Shown here in pieces: positions 1 to 9,470 of a stretch of 64,000 nucleotides of DNA (its first letter is position 1; every line of letters starts with the position of its first letter). The notes beneath the pieces are model-generated. The model had not been told where the DNA came from. It saw nothing but the letters and a program-made list of their open reading frames with translations, and ran no database searches. Source of the stretch: Candidatus Poribacteria bacterium (GTDB lineage: Bacteria > Poribacteria > WGA-4E > WGA-3G); the NCBI GenBank assembly GCA_965197475.1, contig CBDANF010000003.1, positions 1,440,001-1,504,000 on the forward strand, in the 5' to 3' direction. A program made the translations under genes and the position numbers.

Positions 1-399
1 AATAATTTGGAGAAGGATTTCGCGCTTTATTTGGATAAAAAAGATGCAATTCAGTGGTGGCATCGCATCGCCGCGAGGCAAGGCTATTTTTTACAAGGTT
101 GGCGGCGTGACCGTGTTTATCCTGACTTTATCGCCTGTGTACAAGGAGACAAGAAAGGACAGCAACGTCTACTCATTCTGGAAACCAAGGGGCAACACCT
201 TGAAGGTAACAGTGACACCACCTACAAACAGGAACTTATCAAGACATTAGAGTCAGCGTATAAAAATGCTACCGAATATGGGACGATGGAAACTACCGGT
301 CCTAATGACAAACCGATGTCCTTTCGCATGTTGCTTGAAGACAGTTGGCGTGAAACGGTTAATGAGGCGATAGATGACTACTCCGCATCATCATCATAA
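1..399 (+). CDS. C-terminal part of a type III restriction enzyme Res-like subunit (PD-(D/E)xK nuclease domain), truncated by the window edge
   Basis: YPDFI...ILETKG nuclease motif preceded by WWHRI..YFLQGWRRDRVY; frame open from window start. Confidence 0.75.
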   Translation, partial: NNLEKDFALYLDKKDAIQWWHRIAARQGYFLQGWRRDRVYPDFIACVQGDKKGQQRLLILETKGQHLEGNSDTTYKQELIKTLESAYKNATEYGTMETTGPNDKPMSFRMLLEDSWRETVNEAIDDYSASSS

Positions 400-671
400 C
401 GGATCAGTCGTATGCGTAAATTTCTCCCCTAACCTACAATTCCTTATAGAATGGACAAGTTTTCCTTGCCTCTGCTTACCTCGACGTAAGGCAAGTCAAT
501 TGTCTATGTCTAACCCTTCCCATTTCTTTACGCATTTTGCCTTTTCAATCGTTACAGCGTTCAATCACAATTCATTGTACGTTCTTTAGCAATTAGTCTT
601 AAATTATGTTGCGTCCTTTATAATTTGCGTAAGTCCTCAAGTCTTTAGGAGTAATACACGGAACAACACTT

Positions 672-2210
672 ATGTCAAAATTAAGGCATTCTTCCGTATT
701 GAATTTTACATCAGCGAGAATCTTCGATTTAGCGGTTTACATCGGATTTTTAATTTTTGTTCTATCACTTCCATTCGGCTATTCAACACTGTACCTAAAT
801 ATAGGGATGTCGCTTGTCCTATTCGGATGGGTGGGACGTATGATCTCAGCACGGAAACTCGGTTGGCATCGCACCACGCTTGACGTTCCGATCGCACTAT
901 TTTTAGGATTAGCATTGGTTGCCTCACTTTTTGCCCCGCACCGTGCAAGTAGTAGTCTTGGATATTTTTGGAAATTGCTTCGGGCAATCTTGTTATTTTA
1001 TGCTGTTATCCACAGTCGCTTAGGCAATCAATGGCGACACGTCCTTATCGCGTTTATTGTTGCAGCGGGATTCTCTTCAATGCTTGGACTCTGGTATTAC
1101 GTCAACGATACACGCTTAGCACTGGATTTTATGGGGCGAGTCGGGTTAGAATTTAAAGGAGAATTGGTAAATGGAGAAGGATTTTCAGACGAATTACGTG
1201 CCGAATTACGCCAAATCAGTGTCCCGCTTTCGCAAACTGCGTCCATATCGCAGTCGAAAAAAACTGATGTATGCCGAATTGATGACCCCTCTCGGAACAG
1301 ACGCTATGTAGTCCGAAAAGATGAAACACATCTCATGGTGTACATGATCGAACAACGGTTGACCGGTACTTTCAAGATGCCGAATGACCTTGGCGCATAC
1401 CTTGCGCTCAGTCTTCCACTGGTAATCGGGTACTTTGTAGCAAGTTTCCGAATTCTGCGAAAACAGAAGAATGGGATTTGGATAATCTCTGTGCTCGGTA
1501 CTGTTGTTGCCGTAATGACAGCAAATCTGGTTTTGACCCTTACACGTGCCGCTTGGGTGAGTGTTACTATTGCGGCAGCATGCATTGGTTTATACTTAGT
1601 TGTGAGGACGTTATCTAAATTTCAATCTGCTCACGGTCTCTGGAAACGTGTGCTGATAGGATCCGTTTTAATAATTTTGATTTTCGGTGTATCACTATTT
1701 TTGATGCCTCAGCATATCAAGTCGCGTTTCCAAACTATGATTGAACAGCCTGCAGGTTTCCTGGGGGAACGCCCACAGTGGTGGCAAACTTCGCTTGAAC
1801 TGATTCGAAAATACCCACTCACCGGCATCGGCTTGGGTAGGTTTCGCCATGAATACCAGTTAAACGGACCTTCAGAGCAGTATAATATACCATATCATGC
1901 CCATAACCTCTATTTACATATCGCTGTTGAGCACGGTATTCCTTCTCTCTTTCTATTTTTGTGGATGCTCGTGATAATCTGGCGAGGCGTTTTTGCAATC
2001 CGTTCCTCTGTTGATGCTAAAGACGATTTTTGGAGAATAGGCACTTTTATCGGAGGTAGTGGATTTCTCATTTCCGCGCTTATCTACGGATTGGCAGATA
2101 ACATATTACACCAACGCACAGTGTTACTTTTTTGGTTTATCATTGGCATAATTTTTTATATTCAATTGTATAAGGACGAAATACATGAAAACAGACTTGA
2201 AACCGATTGA
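672..2210 (+). CDS. O-antigen ligase (WaaL/Wzy_C) family membrane protein
   Basis: Multiple TM helices; RLTGTF..PN, LTLTRAAW, PLTGIGLG.F and HAHNLYLHIAVEHG motifs. Confidence 0.85.
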   Translation: MSKLRHSSVLNFTSARIFDLAVYIGFLIFVLSLPFGYSTLYLNIGMSLVLFGWVGRMISARKLGWHRTTLDVPIALFLGLALVASLFAPHRASSSLGYFWKLLRAILLFYAVIHSRLGNQWRHVLIAFIVAAGFSSMLGLWYYVNDTRLALDFMGRVGLEFKGELVNGEGFSDELRAELRQISVPLSQTASISQSKKTDVCRIDDPSRNRRYVVRKDETHLMVYMIEQRLTGTFKMPNDLGAYLALSLPLVIGYFVASFRILRKQKNGIWIISVLGTVVAVMTANLVLTLTRAAWVSVTIAAACIGLYLVVRTLSKFQSAHGLWKRVLIGSVLIILIFGVSLFLMPQHIKSRFQTMIEQPAGFLGERPQWWQTSLELIRKYPLTGIGLGRFRHEYQLNGPSEQYNIPYHAHNLYLHIAVEHGIPSLFLFLWMLVIIWRGVFAIRSSVDAKDDFWRIGTFIGGSGFLISALIYGLADNILHQRTVLLFWFIIGIIFYIQLYKDEIHENRLETD

Positions 2211-3132
2211 CATGTCTTCCGTGACAACGTATCCACTTCAGGATCGTATCAACAAAGTTTCTGTTAACGATTTTGCCACACTCCCGGACTTAAAGGCGGA
2301 CCTATTTCCGTTTTTAGAATCCCTCCCTAAGATTCTTAAGGGGCAAGATTTTTTAGCACTCGTAGACGATATCGTTACGGCATTCCAACGTGAAAAGCCA
2401 GTAATTGTAATGATGGGAGGACATGTTATTAAATGTGGGTTAAGTCCGCTCTTAATTGCATTAGCGAAGCAGGGAATTATTACCGGTTTCGCCTTTAACG
2501 GCGCGAGTAGCATTCACGATTTTGAGATTGCGTTGATCGGGGAAACTTCCGAAGATGTTTCTGAATACCTACAGACAGGAAAGTTCGGTATGTGGGAAGA
2601 AACAGGAAAATTGATGAATGCGGCGATTCAACATGCCGCAGATACTGACATTGGAATGGGTGAAGCATTGGGCAAAAAACTGATAACGTTAGACGCTCCA
2701 TACAACGCTTATAGTCTTCTTGCAGCTGGTATTCAATATGATGTTCCGATCACAGTGCATGTCGCTATCGGCACAGATATTATTCATCAGCATCCATCAG
2801 CGAACGGGGCTGCCATCGGTGAGGCAAGTTTCACCGATTTTCGCTTATTGACTGAATTAGTGACACAGTTGGAAGATGGCGGTGTTGTCCTTAACTTAGG
2901 GTCGGCGGTAATTTTGCCGGAAGTGTTTCTGAAGGCGTTGACGATCGCGCGGAATTTGGGGCATACGGTATCTCACTTTACCGCTGCCGATTTTGATATG
3001 AACCAACAATACCGTCCAGTTGAAAATGTCGTAAAACGCCCGACGGAGATGGGTGGCAAAGGTTATACCTTCACGGGACATCATGAGTTGATGATTCCGC
3101 TTCTGGTGCAATCCGTTCTCTTTCGGCTATAA
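2185..3132 (+). CDS. Deoxyhypusine-synthase-like fold protein of unknown function
   Basis: MGGHVIKCG, NGASSIHDFE, HVAIGTDIIHQH, GSAVILPEVFLKA and GHHELMIPLL motifs; overlaps upstream gene. Confidence 0.7.
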   Translation: MKTDLKPIDMSSVTTYPLQDRINKVSVNDFATLPDLKADLFPFLESLPKILKGQDFLALVDDIVTAFQREKPVIVMMGGHVIKCGLSPLLIALAKQGIITGFAFNGASSIHDFEIALIGETSEDVSEYLQTGKFGMWEETGKLMNAAIQHAADTDIGMGEALGKKLITLDAPYNAYSLLAAGIQYDVPITVHVAIGTDIIHQHPSANGAAIGEASFTDFRLLTELVTQLEDGGVVLNLGSAVILPEVFLKALTIARNLGHTVSHFTAADFDMNQQYRPVENVVKRPTEMGGKGYTFTGHHELMIPLLVQSVLFRL

Positions 3133-3221
3133 ACAACGTAAGTTTGGGATGAGAATAGCACAATACTGCGTATGTGCATTGCATCTGTGTTAATCCATGC
3201 CTCCGGGGGTAAAAGCTCCTA

Positions 3222-3315
3222 TAATACCACATTAACCTGATTTATCTTATTTTCTGGGTATTAGGCGCACTTACAAAGCGCGCCTACCGAATGAGATCAA
3301 GTTAATTTGGTATAA
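3222..3315. mobile_element. IS630-type MITE with internal REP-like hairpin
   Basis: TAATACCACATTAAC...GTTAATTTGGTATAA ends; close copy at 45742-45835; internal AGGCGCACTTACAAAGCGCGCCTAC. Confidence 0.75.
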
Positions 3316-3407
3316 GCCGAGCTTATAGTTTGCACAGAATATGGCACAAACTAACAGTTTGTGCCATAACTTAAAACATTCGCGTGCTTGGATGAGATTC
3401 AAACGTT

Positions 3408-3662
3408 CTATACAGAACGTCTTTTAGATAACAGGTGCCAAATCGCTTTAACACATTTCTTCCTTGAAACCTCACAGTTCTTCAATGTTGTTTTTAGTTC
3501 GACTAACAATGCGCGGGCAGCCTGTAACTGCGGCAACGATGGGGTTTGTAGATAAATTCTTAACAATTCTTTTCTTTCAGCACTATCCATCTCATCTTGG
3601 GATTTAATAATTTTACGATATCGTGAATAGTCCATAATTAGTTTCTCCAAATTTATGTCCAT
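3408..3662 (-). CDS. Small hypothetical protein
   Basis: 84-aa ORF co-oriented 25 bp downstream of the CYTH gene. Confidence 0.55.
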   Translation of the reverse strand: MDINLEKLIMDYSRYRKIIKSQDEMDSAERKELLRIYLQTPSLPQLQAARALLVELKTTLKNCEVSRKKCVKAIWHLLSKRRSV

Positions 3663-3687
3663 ACCTGATTATATCTTTTGTGTCTTA

Positions 3688-4209
3688 TTAACCTTTTTCT
3701 TGAAGTCGCCGTAGATCGCTGTATGAAACTGCAATCGGCTCTGCCGAGTTTAAGTCAAGAGTAGTTTTTACGTGTTGATGTTCTTTAATTGCCTCATGTT
3801 CGGTTTGTCCCTGAAAGACGGTTTCTAATTCCACAAATTCCCCTAAATCAGCAACGATGTCCAGGTGAATTCGAGTATTGTTATACATCCAGATTGATCT
3901 CTGTTTTTTTACTATTGTCTTTATGCCCAATGCTGCAGCTAGCAGTTCTTTTAGCATTGTCGGTTCTGCAATTTTGCAGAGTTCATACAGACTGTAGCGA
4001 GATTCCAACGCATTCGGGCGTTCATAATAGATAAGCCAACCTTCATCTGATTCATCTGTCTCGCGTAGTTTTAACCTGCCTTTCGGATTCTGGAAATAGG
4101 TATCCACTTGGTGTATAGTTTCGCGGTGCGTTGCCTGTAGATCAACCAACCTCGGAAGGAGCATATCAAGAGACTCGTACCGCACCTTAAACTCTAAGTT
4201 TTTTGCCAT
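3688..4209 (-). CDS. CYTH-domain protein (class IV adenylate cyclase / triphosphatase family)
   Basis: N-terminal ExK (NLEFKVR), QVDTYF, RLKLRE, HLDIVADLGEFVELE, SYSDL. Confidence 0.9.
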   Translation of the reverse strand: MAKNLEFKVRYESLDMLLPRLVDLQATHRETIHQVDTYFQNPKGRLKLRETDESDEGWLIYYERPNALESRYSLYELCKIAEPTMLKELLAAALGIKTIVKKQRSIWMYNNTRIHLDIVADLGEFVELETVFQGQTEHEAIKEHQHVKTTLDLNSAEPIAVSYSDLRRLQEKG

Positions 4210-4273
4210 TATTTCATGAATAGTTTTTGAAAAATACTGTGAGACTGAATCGTAAGTACTTTACACCTATATC

Positions 4274-4873
4274 TCAGTCAAGTTCCAAAAAATCATCTTC
4301 AGTTTGAAAATTATTGACACAAGATCGGTTACAACGTTCTCCTTGTTCCTGCAACAGGCAGACGCGATGTCTTAACCGTAGTGAACTAACCAAACAAGTT
4401 CGCAGTTGCTCCGTATCAAAATTGCGTCCCACTAAGAAACTGTAACTGCCCATTCTCATCAATTCACGTGCTCTACGATCATCCGAAACAATAGAGATGA
4501 TTTTGACGTGAGGTTGATACCTTTTAACATACGAAAAGATGTTGGAACGTCGGAATCGGGTGAAGTCCACAATTATCAGTTGATATTTTGCCAACCTCAG
4601 CATCCCAACTGCTTTTGAACTTCGTTCCGCAATATCACATCGGTAATTTTCTGATTCAAGTACACCTTTAATTCTGTCTTGCAAATCATCATTATAGGAA
4701 ATAATCAGCACTTGACCTTTCAATTTAGATATGCCCGTATCCTCTTGAATACTAAGCGGGACGAGTGCTTGATCAACTCGCCATCGCAAACGACCACGTG
4801 CCTCACGTACTCGCCTGTTGACTTGGTCAAGTTTCTCTTCTAATTCTGGACGTCGTTTTTTTGATCTCCGCAT
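4274..4873 (-). CDS. Atypical response-regulator receiver protein with basic N-terminal extension and Cys-containing tail
   Basis: Receiver-like pattern VLIIS..DD...YRCDIA....A...L....YQLIIVD...IISIVS...GSYSFL; no conserved Lys seen. Confidence 0.6.
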   Translation of the reverse strand: MRRSKKRRPELEEKLDQVNRRVREARGRLRWRVDQALVPLSIQEDTGISKLKGQVLIISYNDDLQDRIKGVLESENYRCDIAERSSKAVGMLRLAKYQLIIVDFTRFRRSNIFSYVKRYQPHVKIISIVSDDRRARELMRMGSYSFLVGRNFDTEQLRTCLVSSLRLRHRVCLLQEQGERCNRSCVNNFQTEDDFLELD

Positions 4874-5054
4874 AATATATCTAACACCTTTTTAACGCTT
4901 GGACATACGCACTTGCCCTCTTGTACGCTGGAAAACATATCTGCTAAAAGAGTAGGCACATCATTCGCGTAAACCATGCTATTTTAATAACGAATTATTC
5001 TGCAAAAGAATTCATAATTTTTCAAAATTTGTTGACCGATTCAAACTACCGCTG

Positions 5055-5086
5055 CATCTTTAGACGCTGGACACCCTTTTTTGTTG
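5055..5086 (-). promoter_or_regulatory. Possible ECF-sigma promoter for the receiver/CYTH operon
   Basis: Minus strand ACAAC-N16-CGTCTAA resembles ECF AAC..CGT promoters. Confidence 0.3.
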
Positions 5087-5305
5087 TAAAAAAACATAAT
5101 GTGCTATAAAATAGCGACAATTCTTTTTACTGCTGTGTTTCAAAGTTCCTCTCTATTGATAGTCTAAAACTGTAGTGTTTAATAAAACAAAGATAACACC
5201 GAATACTTACAATTCATGCTTGTTATATATTATAGACACATTTGTATTAAAAAAGATAGAAAAACTTTCTTCTTATAAATGTATCATAGACAATTTTAAT
5301 TCATA

Positions 5306-6367
5306 ATGGTAGAAAAAATGAGTAACATACCCTCAACATCCCAAATTCCGCTCCCTGCCCATTTTGATTCTGATCAAGTTGGACAAGTGTGGCGAATTCC
5401 GTATCAGGCACGGCTAAGTGACGCTCGTGCTTGGGCACAACAACACGATATTCCTCCAGTATCTGAGGACGACTTCCGCACTTGTTTGCTGCTTGTTGAT
5501 GTCCAAAATACTTTTTGCATCCCGGATTATGAATTGTTTGTTGGCGGCAGATCGGGCAATGGTGCTGTTGAGGATAATGTGCGCTTGTGCCAGTTCATCT
5601 ATCGCAACCTTCCGCATATTAGTAAAATCGCTTGCACGTTGGATACACACACTGCAATGCAGATATTTCACGAAATATTTTGGGTTGATGATGCTGGTGA
5701 ACATCCCGTACCACTGCAGACGCTGATTACGCAAGAGGATATTGAAACAGGAAAGTGGCGAGTCAATCCGGCGGTTGTTGATAGCGTGATTGGAAATACG
5801 GATCGTTATAAATGGCTCAGGGAATACGGTGCACATTATGTCAAAACCCTTACGGTTGAAGGTAAGTATCCGCTTACGATATGGCCCTACCACGCAATGC
5901 TCGGTGGAATTGGGCATGCTGTTGTCTCTGCTGTTGATGAAGCGTGCTTTTTTCATGCTATTGCACGCAACAGCCAAACCCACTATGAACTCAAGGGACG
6001 GAACCCATTGACCGAAAACTATTCAGTCCTTCGGCCTGAAGTGCTTCGTGATGCAGAAGGGAATCCTATTGCACACAAGAATAACACTTTTTTGGAAATG
6101 CTCTTAGAATATGACCGCTTGATTATCGCAGGTCAGGCAAAGAGCCACTGTGTCGCTTGGACGGTGAGCGACCTACTTGCAGAAATTCAACAAACGGACG
6201 TAACACTCGCCAAGAAAATCTATCTGATGGAAGACCTAACGTCACCGGTTGTTGTGCCGGATGTAGTGGACTATACGGAATCGGCTGATGCAGCTTTTGC
6301 TAAATTTTCAGAGGCAGGAATGCATATAGTCAAGTCAACGGAACTGATCGAAAACTGGATTATGTGA
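5306..6367 (+). CDS. Isochorismatase/nicotinamidase-family cysteine hydrolase
   Basis: LLLVDVQNTFC, TLDTH, WPYHAM, KG.NPLTENYS, AGQAKSHCV catalytic motifs. Confidence 0.85.
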   Translation: MVEKMSNIPSTSQIPLPAHFDSDQVGQVWRIPYQARLSDARAWAQQHDIPPVSEDDFRTCLLLVDVQNTFCIPDYELFVGGRSGNGAVEDNVRLCQFIYRNLPHISKIACTLDTHTAMQIFHEIFWVDDAGEHPVPLQTLITQEDIETGKWRVNPAVVDSVIGNTDRYKWLREYGAHYVKTLTVEGKYPLTIWPYHAMLGGIGHAVVSAVDEACFFHAIARNSQTHYELKGRNPLTENYSVLRPEVLRDAEGNPIAHKNNTFLEMLLEYDRLIIAGQAKSHCVAWTVSDLLAEIQQTDVTLAKKIYLMEDLTSPVVVPDVVDYTESADAAFAKFSEAGMHIVKSTELIENWIM

Positions 6368-6421
6368 ATACGAAACATAACAACTCAAAAGTGTAACTCG
6401 CTGCAGTAAATAAGGAACGAA

Positions 6422-7669
6422 ATGGTTATGGAAAAAAGACATTCAGAGATAATTACCTTTAGCCGACTGTCGGGAATGATGTTTTTACAATTCGCTGTAT
6501 GGGGTGCATGGGCAGTTCTTATTGCCGGCCACATGGGAAATCTCGGGTTCACCGGCAAACAAATTAGTTATGTCTTTGGCACCACCGCCATCGGCTCAAT
6601 AATTTCGCCTATCATTGCCGGATGGGTAGCGGATCGATTAATGCCTGCCCAACTGTTCGCTGCAATTTCGCATATACTAAGCGGTGTTTGCCTTCTTGTT
6701 GCATGGAAACAGACAACGTTCCCAATGATGTGGTTGATGATTTTCCTACACGCGATTCTCTTTATGCCCACTATCGCGCTAACCAACTCAATTGCTTTCC
6801 ACCACATGGGACAGTCAGACAAATTCGGAAATATCCGTGTCTTCGGAACATTGGGATGGATAGCGATCAATTGGGGATTGAGCTTGTATCTCCGATATTG
6901 GGAAAAGCAGGAAACGAACTTACCTCACGTCGGCGACTGCCTCCTTTTTGGGGCTATCATTTCCTTTATAATGGGTGTCTATTGCCTGACTCTTCCTAAC
7001 ACACCACCTAGCAAAGAAGCAAAAAACCCTTACGCTTTTCTTGATGCCTTCTCCCTTACCTCAAATCGGAACTTCGCCATACTTCTGTTTATCTCCTTCC
7101 TCGTTGCTATTGAATTACCATTCTATTATAATTTAACCTATCTGTTTTTGACTGAGGCAGAGCATGGTGTTGGATTAGCGGCAAGTACTGCGAATTTGGC
7201 TATGAGTCTTGGACAGGTCGCCGAAGTCTTACTAATGCTATTGCTATTTCCATGTTTACGGCGTTTTGGGATGCGGCTCACAATCTTTTTGGGGATTCTT
7301 GCGTGGCCAGTGCGTTATGCTATCTTTGCCATAGGCGAACCGGTGTGGTTAGTTGTCGGCTCGCAAACATTACACGGCATCTGTTATTCCTTCTTTTTCG
7401 TTGGTGGAATGATTGCGATTGAACGACTGAGTCCGCAGGATATTCGCGCAAGTTCTCAAGCACTCCTCCTCTTTTTTACCAACGGACTCGGTATGCTTGT
7501 CGGGCATATTGTTAGTGGACGCTTGCATGATTACTTTGCGTATCCGGATGGTGGACACGCTTGGGCGAAAATCTTTATGGTACCGATCATCTTGACAGTC
7601 ATTGCCGCTATAGTTTTCTATATATTGTTCAATGAACAGAAATATCAGCAGGATGCGGATGCCGTGTGA
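6422..7669 (+). CDS. MFS transporter, nucleoside:H+ symporter (NupG/XapB/YegT-like) family
   Basis: MMFLQFAVWGAW, G.VADR, IRVFGTLGWIA, LPNTPP, GQVAEV, LHGICYSFFF motifs; about 12 TM. Confidence 0.85.
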   Translation: MVMEKRHSEIITFSRLSGMMFLQFAVWGAWAVLIAGHMGNLGFTGKQISYVFGTTAIGSIISPIIAGWVADRLMPAQLFAAISHILSGVCLLVAWKQTTFPMMWLMIFLHAILFMPTIALTNSIAFHHMGQSDKFGNIRVFGTLGWIAINWGLSLYLRYWEKQETNLPHVGDCLLFGAIISFIMGVYCLTLPNTPPSKEAKNPYAFLDAFSLTSNRNFAILLFISFLVAIELPFYYNLTYLFLTEAEHGVGLAASTANLAMSLGQVAEVLLMLLLFPCLRRFGMRLTIFLGILAWPVRYAIFAIGEPVWLVVGSQTLHGICYSFFFVGGMIAIERLSPQDIRASSQALLLFFTNGLGMLVGHIVSGRLHDYFAYPDGGHAWAKIFMVPIILTVIAAIVFYILFNEQKYQQDADAV

Positions 7670-7704
7670 CAAGGCACTCTGCGGGCAGAATTGAGGTAAA
7701 TTTT

Positions 7705-9408
7705 ATGTCAACTGACACAACACTCATGTTTCATTCCACTGGTGGGAATTTAGCGGTCTCAGCAATGCAGAATTGGCGTATCATTGTCTCTGATGACGCA
7801 ACTGTTTCAGAAAAATATGCCGCTGAAGAATTCCAAAAATGGTTTAATCAAGCATCTCTGTTAGCATTACCGCTTGGGACAACCAACGAAAATATTACTC
7901 ACGATGAAGGGCATGTCAACATCAGTGCATTATCTGAGATAGGCGATGAAGAAACCCACATCAAGGTTGAAAATAGTCAAATTCAGATCAGTGGAGGCTT
8001 ACCACGGGGTGTCCTTTACGCTGTCTATCAGTTTCTTGAGGAATTGCTCGGAATCCGATTTTTAACCGCTGATCATACATACATTCCAGATGCGTCCGAA
8101 CTGAAAATACCTTGTGGTACCTATACATACAACCCACCTTTTTCATTCCGTTGGAGTTACTATCGCGAAAACTCAAATGCTCCAGAATTCGCAGCGAAAC
8201 GAAAAGTTAACACCGTTACAGATGCCGAAAACCTCGGTGGAAAAACCCATCAACAACTTATCAACCATTCATTCTATATACTCGTACCTTTTAGCACCTA
8301 CGGTCAAAATCATCCAGAGTATTACGCATTAGTTGATGGAAAACGGGATACGAATACACATGGCGGCGGACCACAATTATGTGTTACCAATTCCGAAGTG
8401 ATTGAGATTGCCGCTGAGTCGGCAATTCAACGACTCACTAACAACCCTAATGTCGCGAACATCAGCGTCAGTCAAGCGGATACTGCTGCGTACTGCCGAT
8501 GTGAATGGTGTGAGGAGCTAAACGAGGCAGAAGGCACACCGATGGGTTCACAGTTGACATTTGTTAATGCAGTCGCGGAACGTATTGAAAAAGTCCATCC
8601 AAATGTTAAAGTTGGGACACTTGCGTATTGGTATACTCGCAAACCACCTAAAACAGTTCAACCTCGGCACAATGTGCAAATTCAACTCTGTAGTATTGAA
8701 TGTTGCACGCTCCATGCGATTGACAACCCAGATTGCGAACAAAATCAAGCGTTCTGCGCAGATACAAACGAATGGGGTAAAATTTGTAATGACATCTGGA
8801 TTTGGAATTACAACACCAATTTCTGTTCGTATGATTTGCCGTTCCCGAATTTAAGGTGTATCGGACCTAACGTCCGATATTTTTTACGGAACAATGCAAA
8901 AGGTGTTTTCATGCAGGCAAATGGTAACGGGTTAACGGGCGAATTCTCCGATTTACGAAATTACCTAATTTCGTGTCTACTCTGGAATCCACATCTTGAC
9001 GATCAAGTCATTTTAAACAAATTTGTGCATCTTCATTACGGAACTGCTGCACCGGCTATTCTGGATTACATCAATTTTCTCCACGAGAATGTTGAGGCAA
9101 GAAATCTCCATCCAAGATGTTTTCCAACCCCAGAGGATGTTGGTTTAGATGCGGAAAGCGCGCAGCGTGTTTTTAACTACTTCCAACGGGCATTGGCACT
9201 TGCAGAGAATTCCGAAATTCAAGCGCGGGTTGAAAAAGCGTCTATTCCTGCATATAAAGCGATGCTGGTAGCTGGTGGCGAAATTGCACCGCAACGTCGG
9301 CGCACCTTGATCGCTGAATATATCGCGCTGTGCAAACGCTATGGGATGACGCACGCAGCAGAACACCAAGCAGCTGAAGCCTATTTTGAAAAATTGCACC
9401 AGCAATAG
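7705..9408 (+). CDS. DUF4838-domain protein (glycoside-hydrolase-like)
   Basis: GH20/GH67-like N-terminus (RGVLYAVYQFLE.LGIRF), HPEYYAL, QLCVTNSEV, C.CEWC, LAYWYTRKPP; RBS GAGGT before ATG 7705. Confidence 0.75.
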   Translation: MSTDTTLMFHSTGGNLAVSAMQNWRIIVSDDATVSEKYAAEEFQKWFNQASLLALPLGTTNENITHDEGHVNISALSEIGDEETHIKVENSQIQISGGLPRGVLYAVYQFLEELLGIRFLTADHTYIPDASELKIPCGTYTYNPPFSFRWSYYRENSNAPEFAAKRKVNTVTDAENLGGKTHQQLINHSFYILVPFSTYGQNHPEYYALVDGKRDTNTHGGGPQLCVTNSEVIEIAAESAIQRLTNNPNVANISVSQADTAAYCRCEWCEELNEAEGTPMGSQLTFVNAVAERIEKVHPNVKVGTLAYWYTRKPPKTVQPRHNVQIQLCSIECCTLHAIDNPDCEQNQAFCADTNEWGKICNDIWIWNYNTNFCSYDLPFPNLRCIGPNVRYFLRNNAKGVFMQANGNGLTGEFSDLRNYLISCLLWNPHLDDQVILNKFVHLHYGTAAPAILDYINFLHENVEARNLHPRCFPTPEDVGLDAESAQRVFNYFQRALALAENSEIQARVEKASIPAYKAMLVAGGEIAPQRRRTLIAEYIALCKRYGMTHAAEHQAAEAYFEKLHQQ

Positions 9409-9426
9409 AAGTCAGGTGTATACTAT

Positions 9427-9455
9427 TTGACTTTCTTGATGGCGCGCGGTATCAT
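9427..9455 (+). promoter_or_regulatory. Sigma70-type promoter
   Basis: TTGACT-N17-TATCAT 15 bp before ATG 9471. Confidence 0.5.
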
Positions 9456-9470
9456 CGGGTGAATTAACAG

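Noticed and set aside
5414-5983. Long antisense ORFs (also 35347-35859, 49493-49990, 59603-60145, 61250-61699)
   Set aside because: Shadow or alternate frames of well-supported genes with no motifs of their own
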